Positions 46,051 to 55,900 of a stretch of DNA of 64,000 nt are shown in pieces. The DNA comes from an uncultured bacterium (lineage in GTDB: Bacteria; Planctomycetota; UBA1135; GCA-002686595), in NCBI GenBank assembly GCA_943787795.1, contig CALSNU010000001.1, forward strand, positions 768,001-832,000, given 5' to 3'. The notes beneath the pieces were generated by a model. That model saw nothing but the letters and a program-made list of their open reading frames with translations, made no database searches and had not been told where the DNA came from. The position numbers were made by a program, and so were the translations under genes. Every line of letters starts with the position of its first letter. Within the stretch, counting starts at the first letter, position 1.

Positions 46051-49000
46051 CGGTCTTCGCTCTCCTGATCCTGACCCTCGACGGGCGACGCTCCCTGACC
46101 CTGGCCAAACCCGAGGCGCTGGCGCATGTCCGTGAACAGCTCCAGGACGCGCTCGTGTTGGCTTGCGAGTCGCGCGATATCCCGCAGGATCAGCGGGTCG
46201 AGCTCCTCGCCGGCAGCGATCTCGGGGTAGAGGTCGTAGAGCTGATCCACGCGCTGGAGGAGATCCTCCTCCAGCTTGGCGAGGAGCTTGAGCTCGGCCA
46301 CGTCCGGGATGAGCTGGTTCGAGTCCTGCTGCTGCTGTTCTTCTTGCTGCTGGTCCTGCTGTTCCTGCTGCTCTTGTTCCTCCTCGGCACGTCGCTCGAG
46401 CTCATCTTCGAGCGCTTCGCGCAGCAGGGCGAGGCCATCGGCCACGTCGTCCTGCAGGGCCTGAGTGCGGTCACCGGAGCGGTACCCCCCCTGCATCGGA
46501 CAGGTCCTTGACCACGCGGCGAAGGTCCCGAGCAGCACGGTCGAGGACCTCGGCGAAGACCATGGTGCCCTCGGCGCGGATCGCCTCCACGATGCCGTCG
46601 ATGCGCGTCGCGAGCGCCTCCTCCTCACGCGAGATGTTCCGCAGCCGGATCTTCTCGCTCCGCGAGGGGCGAGCCTTGCGGGTGGCGTCGAGGTCGCGGG
46701 TCTCCTGCATCTGCACGCGGTGCAGAGCTTCGATCTCGATCACCTCCTCCTTGATCTGGAACAGGAGCTCCTCCTGCCGCAGTGAGTCGTACTGCTCTTC
46801 CTCTTCCTCCAGCTCATCGAGGGCCTCCTCGATCTTCTGTTCGGTCTCCTCTTCCTTCGACTCCGCCTCGTCGAGGTCGCCGCTCTCCAGCGCTTCGGAG
46901 GCCTCCGCTGCGCTCTCCGCTGCCTCGGAGAGGGCCTTGTTGGAGTCGGCCATCTCGTTCCGCTCCTCGTTGCGCTCGGCGAGGGCGAGGAGCTTCTCCT
47001 CGAGGGCTTGCTGCCGATCTGCGAGCTCCTCGGCGCGCTGCTGCTGCTCCTCGTTCTGAGGCTGAGCTCCCTGCTGAGCCTCCCGGGCCGCGTCTCGCAA
47101 GGCGTCGACGGCCTCCCGCTGGGCCTCGGCTGCTGCCGAGCTTCCGCTGGGCTGCTCGAGGGCCTCGCTGGCCTCGCTCATGGACTGTTGAGCCTCTTCG
47201 ATGGCCTGCTCGACGGCGTCGGAGGCCTCAGGGCTCATTCCGGCCGCCTCGGCGGCCTCGGCGATGTCGCCGACCTCCTGCTCGAGGGCCTCTTGCGCGG
47301 CCTGGGCCGCTTCGGCCTCTGCCTGGTCCTCGGAGCCAGTCGCCGCTCCGATGGCCTCTTCGAGGGCCTCGCGAGCGGCCGCCAGCTCCTCGGCGGCTTG
47401 CTCCGCGGCCTGCTCCGCGTCCTGCTGGCGCTGTGCCGCCTCGGACGGGGAGGGGCTACTCTGCTGCTGGCCACTCTGCTGCTGGCCACTCTGCTGCTGG
47501 CCGCTCTGCTGCTGGCCGCCTCTGCTGCTGGCCGCCTCTGCTGCTGGCCGCCTCTGCTGCTGGCCGCCTCTGCTGCTGGCCGCCTCTGCTGCTGCCGCCT
47601 CTGCTGCTGGCCGACTCTGCTGCTGGCCGCTCTGCTGCTGGCCGCTCTGCTGCTGGCCGCTCTGCTGCTGCCGCTCTGCTGCTGGCCGCCTCTGCTGCTG
47701 GCCGCTCTGCTGCTGGCCGCTCTGCTGCTGGCCGCTCTGCTGCTGGCCACTCTGCTGCTGGCCGCCCTGCTGGGAGGCGGCGGCAGCGGCTTCACGAGCC
47801 GCCGATGCAGCCCGCTCCATGGCTTCTTGGGCCCGCGCGAGGGCGTCGGCCACCTCCGAGGCTCCGGGGAGTGATCCCTCCGACTCCGCGGCGCGGCGTG
47901 CCTCACGCTCCAGGTTCGCCGCGGCGCTGGCCGCGGCCTTCTGCCGCTCCTGTGCCTTGTCTGCCTCACTGGCGGCCCGTCCGAGCGCCCGGTCGAGAGC
48001 TGCGAGGGCCTCGGTGGTCGCCTCGCGGACCCGCTGCTTGGCTTCGCGTCCGGCATCGGCGTCGCCCGGCGCGTCCCTCGCCTCGCGCTTCGCTTCGGCG
48101 CTGGCGGCTTCCGCTGCCGCAAGCTCCTGGTCGATCTCTGTGGCCTGGGCAGCGGTCGCTTCACGCTCGCCGGCCTCTGCGGCCTCGGCCAGGGCCTGCG
48201 CGGTGCCCTGAGCCATGCGGCGCGCGCTGCTGGCCGCTTCCCTGCGCTCCGCAGCGGCAGCACGGGTCTCGGCCGCCTGCTGCGCGGCGGCCTCGGTCGC
48301 CTGAGCGCGAGCCCCTGGAGCGGCACCGTCCGCTGTGCTCTGGGCAATCTGCTGCGCGACCTCCCGGAGGTCTCCGGCTGCCTCCAGGAGCTGTTCGTCC
48401 CCCGACAGCTCTCCGCGGCGTTCGAGGTTGTCCGCTACGCGGTCGAGCTCCGCGGCGGCGTCGGCGGCGGCCTCTGGGGTGGCCTTGGTGGGGGCTGCGT
48501 TCCTGGAGGCCTCCTCGAGGGCGGCGGCGGCCCGATCGAGGTCCGCTGCGCGCGCCTCGTCGGAGCGCGCAGCTGCGAGCGAGGGGCGCATGGACTCGAG
48601 CATCGAACGGTCCGCGGCGCTCGCCGCACGGAGCGCCTCCGCGCGGGCGCGCTGCTCCGCTTCGAGCGACTTGAGCTCAGACAGCAAGCGCTCGGCGTCG
48701 AGGAGGCCAGACTCCCGTGAGCGCTCCTCGTTCTCACGCAGGAGGCGCTGCTGCTCCTCGATGGCGCTCTCGATCCGATCGATGACCTCACGCTGCTCCG
48801 GCGTCGTCGCGTCCTGGCGGAGCTCCTCGGTGTCCTCGCGGATGTCCTGCTCTTCGCTCGCGATGGCGTTGAGCTCGGCGCGGATCTCGCGGATGGCCTG
48901 GAGGTCCTCTTCGATCGACTCTTGCCGGTCGCGCTCGGTGAGAATGTCAAGGAGTCGGGCGACGCGCCCGATGATGCGCTCCTGTCGTTCCAGCGCGGCG

Positions 49001-49329
49001 AGGACCCGGTTGCCCTCGAGGTCCTCGCTGGAGTTGTTCATGAGCTCCTCGATGGTCCGTCCCTCCGCGTCCGTCGGGCGCTCATCGAGGAATTCCAGGG
49101 CCTGGCGCAGGAGCGCGGCGGCGCCCGGGCGTTGCTCGGCCTCGTAGCGCGGGGCGAGCTTCACGATCTTCTCGCGCAGCCGCTTGATCTGCCGTTGCAA
49201 GCTCAGCTGCTCGTCCGCGAGAGCACGCCGGTCCCTGGACCGGTCATCCTGCGGGGCGCTCAGGGTCGGCGTCGCCGAGCTGGTCGCGCCAACGAGCAGG
49301 ATCATCATCGTGAGGAGAGGTCGCTTCAT
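46047..49329 (-). CDS. Long exported coiled-coil protein (DUF4175-like) with an SGQQQ tract; +1 frameshift near 46488
   Basis: Signal peptide MKRPLLTMMILLVG; A/E/Q-rich heptads. Deleting one base of the run at 46485-46491 joins ORFs 46471..49428 and 46047..46628 into 1093 aa. Confidence 0.72.
47461..47766 (-). repeat. ~20-unit 15-bp coding tandem repeat (SGQQQ)n with some 14- and 16-bp units
   Basis: + strand consensus ctgctgctggcc(g/a)ct; seven 16-bp units and one 14-bp unit, net +6 nt, so the frame is preserved. Confidence 0.92.
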
Positions 49330-51707
49330 CGGTCGTTCTCCGCGGCCTTCCGGGTCCGCTCCTTCAGGTTCTTCTGCCGGCTGAGGATGTCTCGGGTGAG
49401 CGAGAGCACCGACTGCAAGCTGTCCCACTCACCGAGCTCACCGGTGAGGCGGTCCATGGTCTCGCGCAGCTCCGTGAGCCGGAGGTCCGCCTCGGAGAGC
49501 GCCGTCTTGGCGCTCTCCAGGTCGCCTGCGTCACGCACGGCCTCCAGGGACGTGATCCATGCCTCCATGCGGGGCCCGGTGGCCTCGAGGGCCAGGCCCA
49601 CGATTCGAACCAGGTCGCCCGCCCGCTCCGGGCTGCCGAGCTGGCCCGCGCTGAGCTCCCCCGAGATCTTGGCCCAGGCGTTGTCATCGAAGCTCCGCTC
49701 GGTCGATCCGGCCGTCAGTTCGACAAGGCGGCGCTCGAGCGCGCCGGCTCGCTCGTCGAGGCGAGAGTAGATCATCGCCTCGGCCAGGCCGGAGAGGTCT
49801 CGTGCGATGGAGCGCAGGTCACCGCGTTGCCGCCTCGCGTCGTTGGCGGCGTTGATCAGCTCCCCGGCGTCGGGGAGCTCGGCGGCGTCGCCAATCAGAG
49901 AGGACAGCAGCGCCTGCAGGTCGCGCTTCGCCGGCTCCATCGATCGGTCAAGGCGCTCCACGGCCTCCGCCGCGGCGCTCAACCCGTCCCGCTGACCGCG
50001 CATGAACTCGTCGGTGCCGACCACCCGGATCAGCAGGGCGCTCGTGCGGGAGAGGTTGGGCTCCGGCTCCCGGGTGTCTTCAGCCTCGATGAACAGTGCG
50101 GTCACGCTTCCCACGAGGGACTCGGCCGGCGGGAAGAGCTCCTTGACCTCCAGAGGGGTCGAGGCGAGGGCCGCCATGCGGCTCCGGCCCTCGGAGACCG
50201 TGGTCGCGTCGGTGACCACCGTGAGCCCAAGGGGGCGAGCCTCCATGACCTCGTCCGTCGCGGCGTCGCGCCCCTCGAGCCGGACCTCTCCGATGCCAAA
50301 GTCATCCCTCACGAGCACGCGTAGCGGGACGGCGCCGCCCTCCACGACCTCCGTCTCGCTGCGGCCGGGAGCCAGCACGAGCAGCTCCGGTCGTCGGTCG
50401 GGGACGACCTCGATCCCGAACAGCGCGGGGTCGGGGTTTCCGAGCCCCGCCGCGTCGGTCAACTCCACCCTGAAGCGGAGCGACTGGACCATCACGTCGG
50501 AGAAGCTCAGCCCGGGGGCGGGATCCAGCGAGACTCCGTCGGGGGGAGGCGGCCCCAGGTGGGGGAAGGGCTGCGGCTGGAGGTCCCGAACCAGGTCGTC
50601 AGGGAACGTCCGGACCACGCCGGTGGCGTCCTCGGGGTCCGTCTTCACGTGGACGGTGACGCGCGATCCAGCGAGGACCGACACCTTGGTCTCGGACTCC
50701 GTGCGGCGAGGGAGGCCGGCGTAAGCGGGCGGCTCAATCGCGAAGGCGAGGCCGGCGATGTCGGGGGGCTGGAGCACCTCGACCACGACCCTCGGGACGC
50801 CGCGGTTGTCGTCGCCCCCGGTGACCGTCAGGGAGGTCGACTCCTGAAGTGAGGGGAGCAGGGTGCGGTATTGACCCGGACCGCTGGGGCCCACATCGAG
50901 GGTCGTGCCGCTCTCGAAGCTGATGGTCACCAGCTCCGGGGACACGCCGTCAGCCTCCACCAGCACGGGCACGTCGCTCCCGCGGGCGGCTCGAACGAGG
51001 ATCACGCCCTCCTCGGGGCGCCTCACCTCGAGGCCGGGCGCGTCGTCCGGCACGGTGACCGTGAGGGTGGTCGCGCGGGGCCAGGCCACCTCGGCGCCGA
51101 GCATGCGGGCGGCGAAGATCCTGGCCATCGCAGGCTCGGCGGAGAGGGCCATGGCGGTCGCCGTCAGGGCGAGCACGGCCGTGCCCATACGGCGCCGTGG
51201 ACCCCGGCGGTCCGTGACCCGGCGGAGGTCAGCACGCGCGGCCAGGGCCTCGGCCCGGGCGGCCACGGCGCGGACGAGCTCCGCCGCGGGCGCCTCGGCG
51301 GGCACCGAGCCGTCCAGCTGGATCGCGCTCACGAAGAGGTCCTCACGGGCGTCCTCGTCCACCGCGCGCTCGGCGAGCATCGCCAGCTCGGACCGGCCAG
51401 GGAGCGCCTTGACGTGCAGGAACAGGCACCGGCGGAGCAGGTAGATCGTGCCGCCCGTGAGCACCGCGAGGTGAAGGATGCGGACGGGGGCCGGAAGCCG
51501 GAGCAGGCGGTCCGCCGCGTACATGAAGAGCAGCCACGCAGCCGTGGCAGCCACGACGGTTCCCACGCCGTGCAGGAGCACGCCGCGGGAGAGCGAGCCC
51601 CTGAGCCTGCGGAGCAGGGCGTCGAGGCGCGGAGTTTCCACCCGAGCCCTGGCGCCCTCGACGGCGCGATCGCCCATGGCGGCGTTGCTGGTGTCCTGTG
51701 CGCTCAT
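49326..51707 (-). CDS. Membrane protein with 3 N-terminal TM helices, Ig-like domains and a helical C-terminus (DUF4175-like)
   Basis: TM segments; VSAIQL, WPRATTL, EPPAYAGLP and PDRRPEL...VRDDFGI. Confidence 0.72.
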   Translation of the reverse strand: MSAQDTSNAAMGDRAVEGARARVETPRLDALLRRLRGSLSRGVLLHGVGTVVAATAAWLLFMYAADRLLRLPAPVRILHLAVLTGGTIYLLRRCLFLHVKALPGRSELAMLAERAVDEDAREDLFVSAIQLDGSVPAEAPAAELVRAVAARAEALAARADLRRVTDRRGPRRRMGTAVLALTATAMALSAEPAMARIFAARMLGAEVAWPRATTLTVTVPDDAPGLEVRRPEEGVILVRAARGSDVPVLVEADGVSPELVTISFESGTTLDVGPSGPGQYRTLLPSLQESTSLTVTGGDDNRGVPRVVVEVLQPPDIAGLAFAIEPPAYAGLPRRTESETKVSVLAGSRVTVHVKTDPEDATGVVRTFPDDLVRDLQPQPFPHLGPPPPDGVSLDPAPGLSFSDVMVQSLRFRVELTDAAGLGNPDPALFGIEVVPDRRPELLVLAPGRSETEVVEGGAVPLRVLVRDDFGIGEVRLEGRDAATDEVMEARPLGLTVVTDATTVSEGRSRMAALASTPLEVKELFPPAESLVGSVTALFIEAEDTREPEPNLSRTSALLIRVVGTDEFMRGQRDGLSAAAEAVERLDRSMEPAKRDLQALLSSLIGDAAELPDAGELINAANDARRQRGDLRSIARDLSGLAEAMIYSRLDERAGALERRLVELTAGSTERSFDDNAWAKISGELSAGQLGSPERAGDLVRIVGLALEATGPRMEAWITSLEAVRDAGDLESAKTALSEADLRLTELRETMDRLTGELGEWDSLQSVLSLTRDILSRQKNLKERTRKAAENDR

Positions 51708-51714
51708 CCGTTCA

Positions 51715-52902
51715 TCAGCGGTGGAAGATCGGGAGGAAGTCGTACGGGATCTCGAGGATCAGGCAGGCCATGGCCGTGCTGAACGCGGCCCCAGGTCCGG
51801 TCTCATTGGGCCAGGAGCCGTCGGCCTTCTGATACCGGATCAGCAGCTCGCGCAGGCGCGTGAAGTAGTTCACCCAGTCGTGCCCGCCCTTCGTGTACAT
51901 GGCCTGCACGCCGTAGTAGTGGCCGTACCAGAAGAAGTAGTGACCGGCTGAACCGTAGCGCCGGTTGAAGCTGTCGAACTGCGAGTTCAGGAAGTCGACC
52001 CCCCGGTCAATCAGCTCGTCGGAGTAGATCCCGAGCCCGTTCAGGGCCGTGACTCCCGCGGAGGTCAGGGGGAAGGTCGAGCGGGACTGGGCCTGGCGCT
52101 GGTAGCTGAAGGTGCCGAGCGCGCTGTATCGAACGGAGCGGCGTTGGGTGCCGGTCACCGCGGAGTCCACGACGTAGCGGATGGCGAGGTCGACCGTTGA
52201 CTTCGGCACCCGGATCCCGATGTTCCGCGCCGCGCGGAGGGCGAGGACCTGACAAACCACGATCGACATGTCCGACTCGCGGGCGAGCGGCACGTACCGC
52301 CAGCCGCCCTCCTCGTTCTGGCACTTGACGATGAAGTCCACGGCCTTCTGGAGACGCAGTCGGACGTCCTCGCGGTGGGTCATGCCATAGATCTCCGCGA
52401 GGAAGAGCGTGGCGAAGGCGTGGCTGTACATCCGCGTCCCGGCGAAGGTGATGTAACCGTCTTCCTGGACACAGCCAAGGACGAAGTCCACGGCGCGGTC
52501 AAGGGCCTCTCCGTACTCGCCGCGACCCGGCAGGTGCCCGCCGGCCAGGAAGGCGATGCCCGCGAGTGAGGTGACGCCCACGTGGGCCGCAGAGGCGCTC
52601 GTGGAGCGGTAGGAGTTGTTCAGCTTGAAGCCGACCGCCGCGGTCCAGGACCCATCCTCGTTCTGCTCCCGAGAGAGCCACGCCAGGCCCCGTTCCGTGG
52701 CACGCTCTTGTTCCTCGGTGATCCTCACGCCGCGCGTGCTGCCGCTTCGCTTGAGGCCATCTCGGCCCCCTTCCTGGACCATCTCCAGGACCAGCGGTGT
52801 GGCGGGGGAGGGGCTCGAGTGGCCTGCGCTCCCAGAGCCGAGGGCCAGAAGACTCGCCAGGGTCACGGTGAGCGACCGGAGCTTGTGCGGGTGGATATTC
52901 AT
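51715..52902 (-). CDS. Exported prenyltransferase/squalene-oxidase-repeat protein, paralog 1
   Basis: Signal peptide; QW-type repeats QNEDGSW, QEDGY, QNEEGGW and QKADGSW; MYSHAFATLFLAE; ends LPIFHR. Confidence 0.85.
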   Translation of the reverse strand: MNIHPHKLRSLTVTLASLLALGSGSAGHSSPSPATPLVLEMVQEGGRDGLKRSGSTRGVRITEEQERATERGLAWLSREQNEDGSWTAAVGFKLNNSYRSTSASAAHVGVTSLAGIAFLAGGHLPGRGEYGEALDRAVDFVLGCVQEDGYITFAGTRMYSHAFATLFLAEIYGMTHREDVRLRLQKAVDFIVKCQNEEGGWRYVPLARESDMSIVVCQVLALRAARNIGIRVPKSTVDLAIRYVVDSAVTGTQRRSVRYSALGTFSYQRQAQSRSTFPLTSAGVTALNGLGIYSDELIDRGVDFLNSQFDSFNRRYGSAGHYFFWYGHYYGVQAMYTKGGHDWVNYFTRLRELLIRYQKADGSWPNETGPGAAFSTAMACLILEIPYDFLPIFHR

Positions 52903-55900
52903 CGTTGCATCACGTCCATTCGCCTCGCGCCCATCATGACCAGGGATCCGCCGATCCCGCTGAGATTCCGCCAGCGCGCCGAGATGCCGCCAAACTCGAC
53001 GTTCCGGGTCTCAACGTGTCGCCCGGTGGCGGCGTCGAGAAACATGAGCCGCATCTCTGGCCGGACCGATCGGCGCTCGCCAGTGGTCTGGCGGATGAGC
53101 ATCGCGACGACGCCGCCTCCGAGCGCAGGGGCGGCAAGGCTCTCCACGCCGGAGGCCTGGAGCGGCCTGGATGAGGACTGTCTCCAGATGACGCCTCGGC
53201 TGGCGTGGATCCCCTCAAGGAGGGGAGGGGAGGTACCGTTCTCGGTGATCCCGACCATCAGCGGGCTGTCCAGGACCACCCGAGAGCGGATGTTGACCCC
53301 TACCAGGTGGGTCTTGCTGTCGAGCGCGGCCAGGGGGGACGAGCGGAGGATCCCGTTCTGTTCGTCGAGGGTGTGCAGGCCCAGTTCGGGCCGGCTCAGG
53401 TTGCTCCGCCGGGACCCGGAGTTGCCGACCCGCTCGAGCATCGCCAGGCGAACCCGCTTCGCGCTGCCGACCTCTACCGGGAGGTCCACCAGCCCCACGA
53501 GGTTGTGGACGCCACCATTGAAGCGGTCGAGGTCCACCTTCCAAAGCTCTCTTCCGTCGTCGAGGTCAAAGGCCACGACGCGGTTCTCCGAGCGGGTGTT
53601 GTATCCACCCTCGATGGTGGCGAGCACCAGCTGTCGACCGTCCGCCCAGGCCGACTGAGCCTCGCGGGAGTTGAGCTGACCGGTCTCCGGCGCGGCCAGG
53701 GGGTGTCCGGTCGAGAGGTCGTGGACTCCCGCCTTGGTCCCGCGCAGTGGCAGGAGGACGAAGCGCCCGTCGGAGACCTTGATCTCGGGGTGGAAGCGGT
53801 CGCCAATGACGCCGAGCTTCCACAGCCGGATGCCGAGCTCGGCGTCGACGCCGTACACCTCGGCGGGCTTCCCTGTGTCGAGGAAGCGAGAGACGATGAC
53901 CGCGACTCCGGCGGAGACGGTGGCCGAGGTGATCCCGCGATCGGGGAGCTCGAACACCCACTGGGGAGCGCCGGTGGCCGCGTCGCGGCTGATCACCCGG
54001 TCACGCTCCGCGATGATCACGTCGCCGCCTGTGGGGGAGACTCGAGGTGCTCGGTCGCGTCGACCCAGTCCGAGATCTGCGGGGACGCTCCACCGGACCC
54101 CGGTGCCAGGGGAGACCGCCGCCAGGCGATCCCTGGAGGCGGCCAGGAGGACCTGGCCGTCCGGGGCGACCCCGGCTCCGGGGCGTTCGGCCAGCCGCAT
54201 GGATCCGACCGGGGTGAAGTCGCCGTCGATGGAGTCCTTGATGGTCACCTGCTGATCGAAGGTCGAGCTGGTCGGAGCCTTGGCGGGCAGCGCCGCGCGC
54301 CAGCGAGCCGCGAGCTCTTCCAGCGGCAGAGTCCCGATCGACGAGAGCTCCACCTCAAGCGACGGGCGGTAGCGGGCGAGGTTCTCGACGATCCCTGCCC
54401 GGAGCTCGAGGTTGCCCGCCTCACCCATGACCTCGGCCAAACGGGCGAGCTGAGAGGCCTCTCGAGCCGTGCAGCGCGCCGGATGCCAGTCAAAGGAGAG
54501 CGACGAGATCACCAGCTGGGCGACCTGCTCGGGGTCTCCGCGTTCGATGGCGAACGCGACACGATCCTCGGCGGCGCGGGTGGCCGCCGCGGACCCAGGG
54601 AAGAGCCGAGGCAGGCGCTCGAGCAGCTCGTCGGAGCCAGTCAAGGCGTAGGCCGAGCGCGCGTCCTGCAGCGCTTCATCGGCCTCGGCCTCCAGGCCTG
54701 CGATGGCGACGGACTCGGGGTACAGCATCCTGACCGCGAAGATCCGCGCCGCCGCCCACTGGGCGCTCGTGGTGCCGAAGAGGCGCTCGTCGGGGAACTC
54801 GAGCAGGACTCGATGCAGGGCGGCCAGCTCAGCGGACAGGGCAGCGTCCAGGTCGGGGAGGACGCGGGCCATCTCCGCCTGGCTGATGCGGGCGAAGAGC
54901 CCCGCGGTGATCGTGGCCTGCTCGACGCTGCCCGCGCTCTCGGACGCGGGTCGCAGCGAGGTGGCTCGCGGCGTGACCGGACCCCTCCAAGGGTCGATCC
55001 AGAGCGAAGAGGCCATCAGGCGGCCGCCCGAGGCGTCAACGTCGCGCGCGCCCTCGACGACCCGGTTCAGGGCGCTCTCCGCGCTCCACCCAGCGTCGAG
55101 GGCGTTGGCCTCCACGGCCACCTCGAGGGCGGCGTGCCGCTCGAGGATCTCCTCGAGGATCGCCGCTCTAGCGAGATCGTCGCGGGAACGTTCGATCTCG
55201 AGGAGGGTCAGCAAGGCCGTCAGCCGAAGGGGCTGCGAGGCGCTGAACTCCACCGCGTCGCGGGCAGCCGCGCGGGCTGCATCCGCATCTCCCCGCAACC
55301 GCTCGCCGCGCGCGCGGAGCAAGAAGCCGCGGTGGGTCTGGTAGCGACGTAGCGCGAGGTCCGAACCGCGCTCGGGCGTCCCTGAACTGTCCGCCTCGAT
55401 AGCTGCGACCGCCGCCTCCGCCTCGCCCACGAGCGCGAGCGCCTCATCGACCATCGTGCCGCGCGCGAGCAACGCCTCCGCGCGCTCGAGCAGCAACCGG
55501 ACCAGCCCGAGGACCTCGGTCCTCGACGCCTCCGGCCGGAGCACCGCCGCCCGTGCCCGGGCGACCATGGCTGCCCACTCGAAGCGGGCGTTGAGGTAGT
55601 TGCCGTCGGTCGAGAAGAGCATGCCGTCGGCGACGAGCAGCTGCCCGGCGCCCAGCCGGCCTCCGGTCACCTGCTCTCGGACCCGGCCGCTGTCGCGGTC
55701 CAAGATCACGACCCCTTTCGAGGTCGGGACGAAGACGCTCTCGGCGTCGACAGCGGGGAACCCGTCATCGCTCCGGAGCACGCCCTCGAGCGGCCAGGCC
55801 CAGCCCCTCTCGAGCGGCGGTCCGAGCCGAGAACCTCGGGGGAAGTTGACGGAGACCACCGAGGTCCCGCCGAGGAGGATGCTGCGCTCGTCCGCGGCGA

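Noticed and set aside
47461..47766. Possible CRISPR array
   Set aside because: The units are contiguous with no unique spacers, lie inside a CDS, and there are no cas genes.
47008..48211. Plus-strand ORFs with CCWPL or LLLAA repeats resembling a Cys-rich or RiPP-like peptide
   Set aside because: These are antisense readings of the SGQQQ repeat within the minus-strand operon.
43773..52902. Terpene/hopanoid biosynthetic gene cluster
   Set aside because: The barrels are single-domain, exported and lack DxDD, and no prenyl-diphosphate or squalene synthase genes are nearby.
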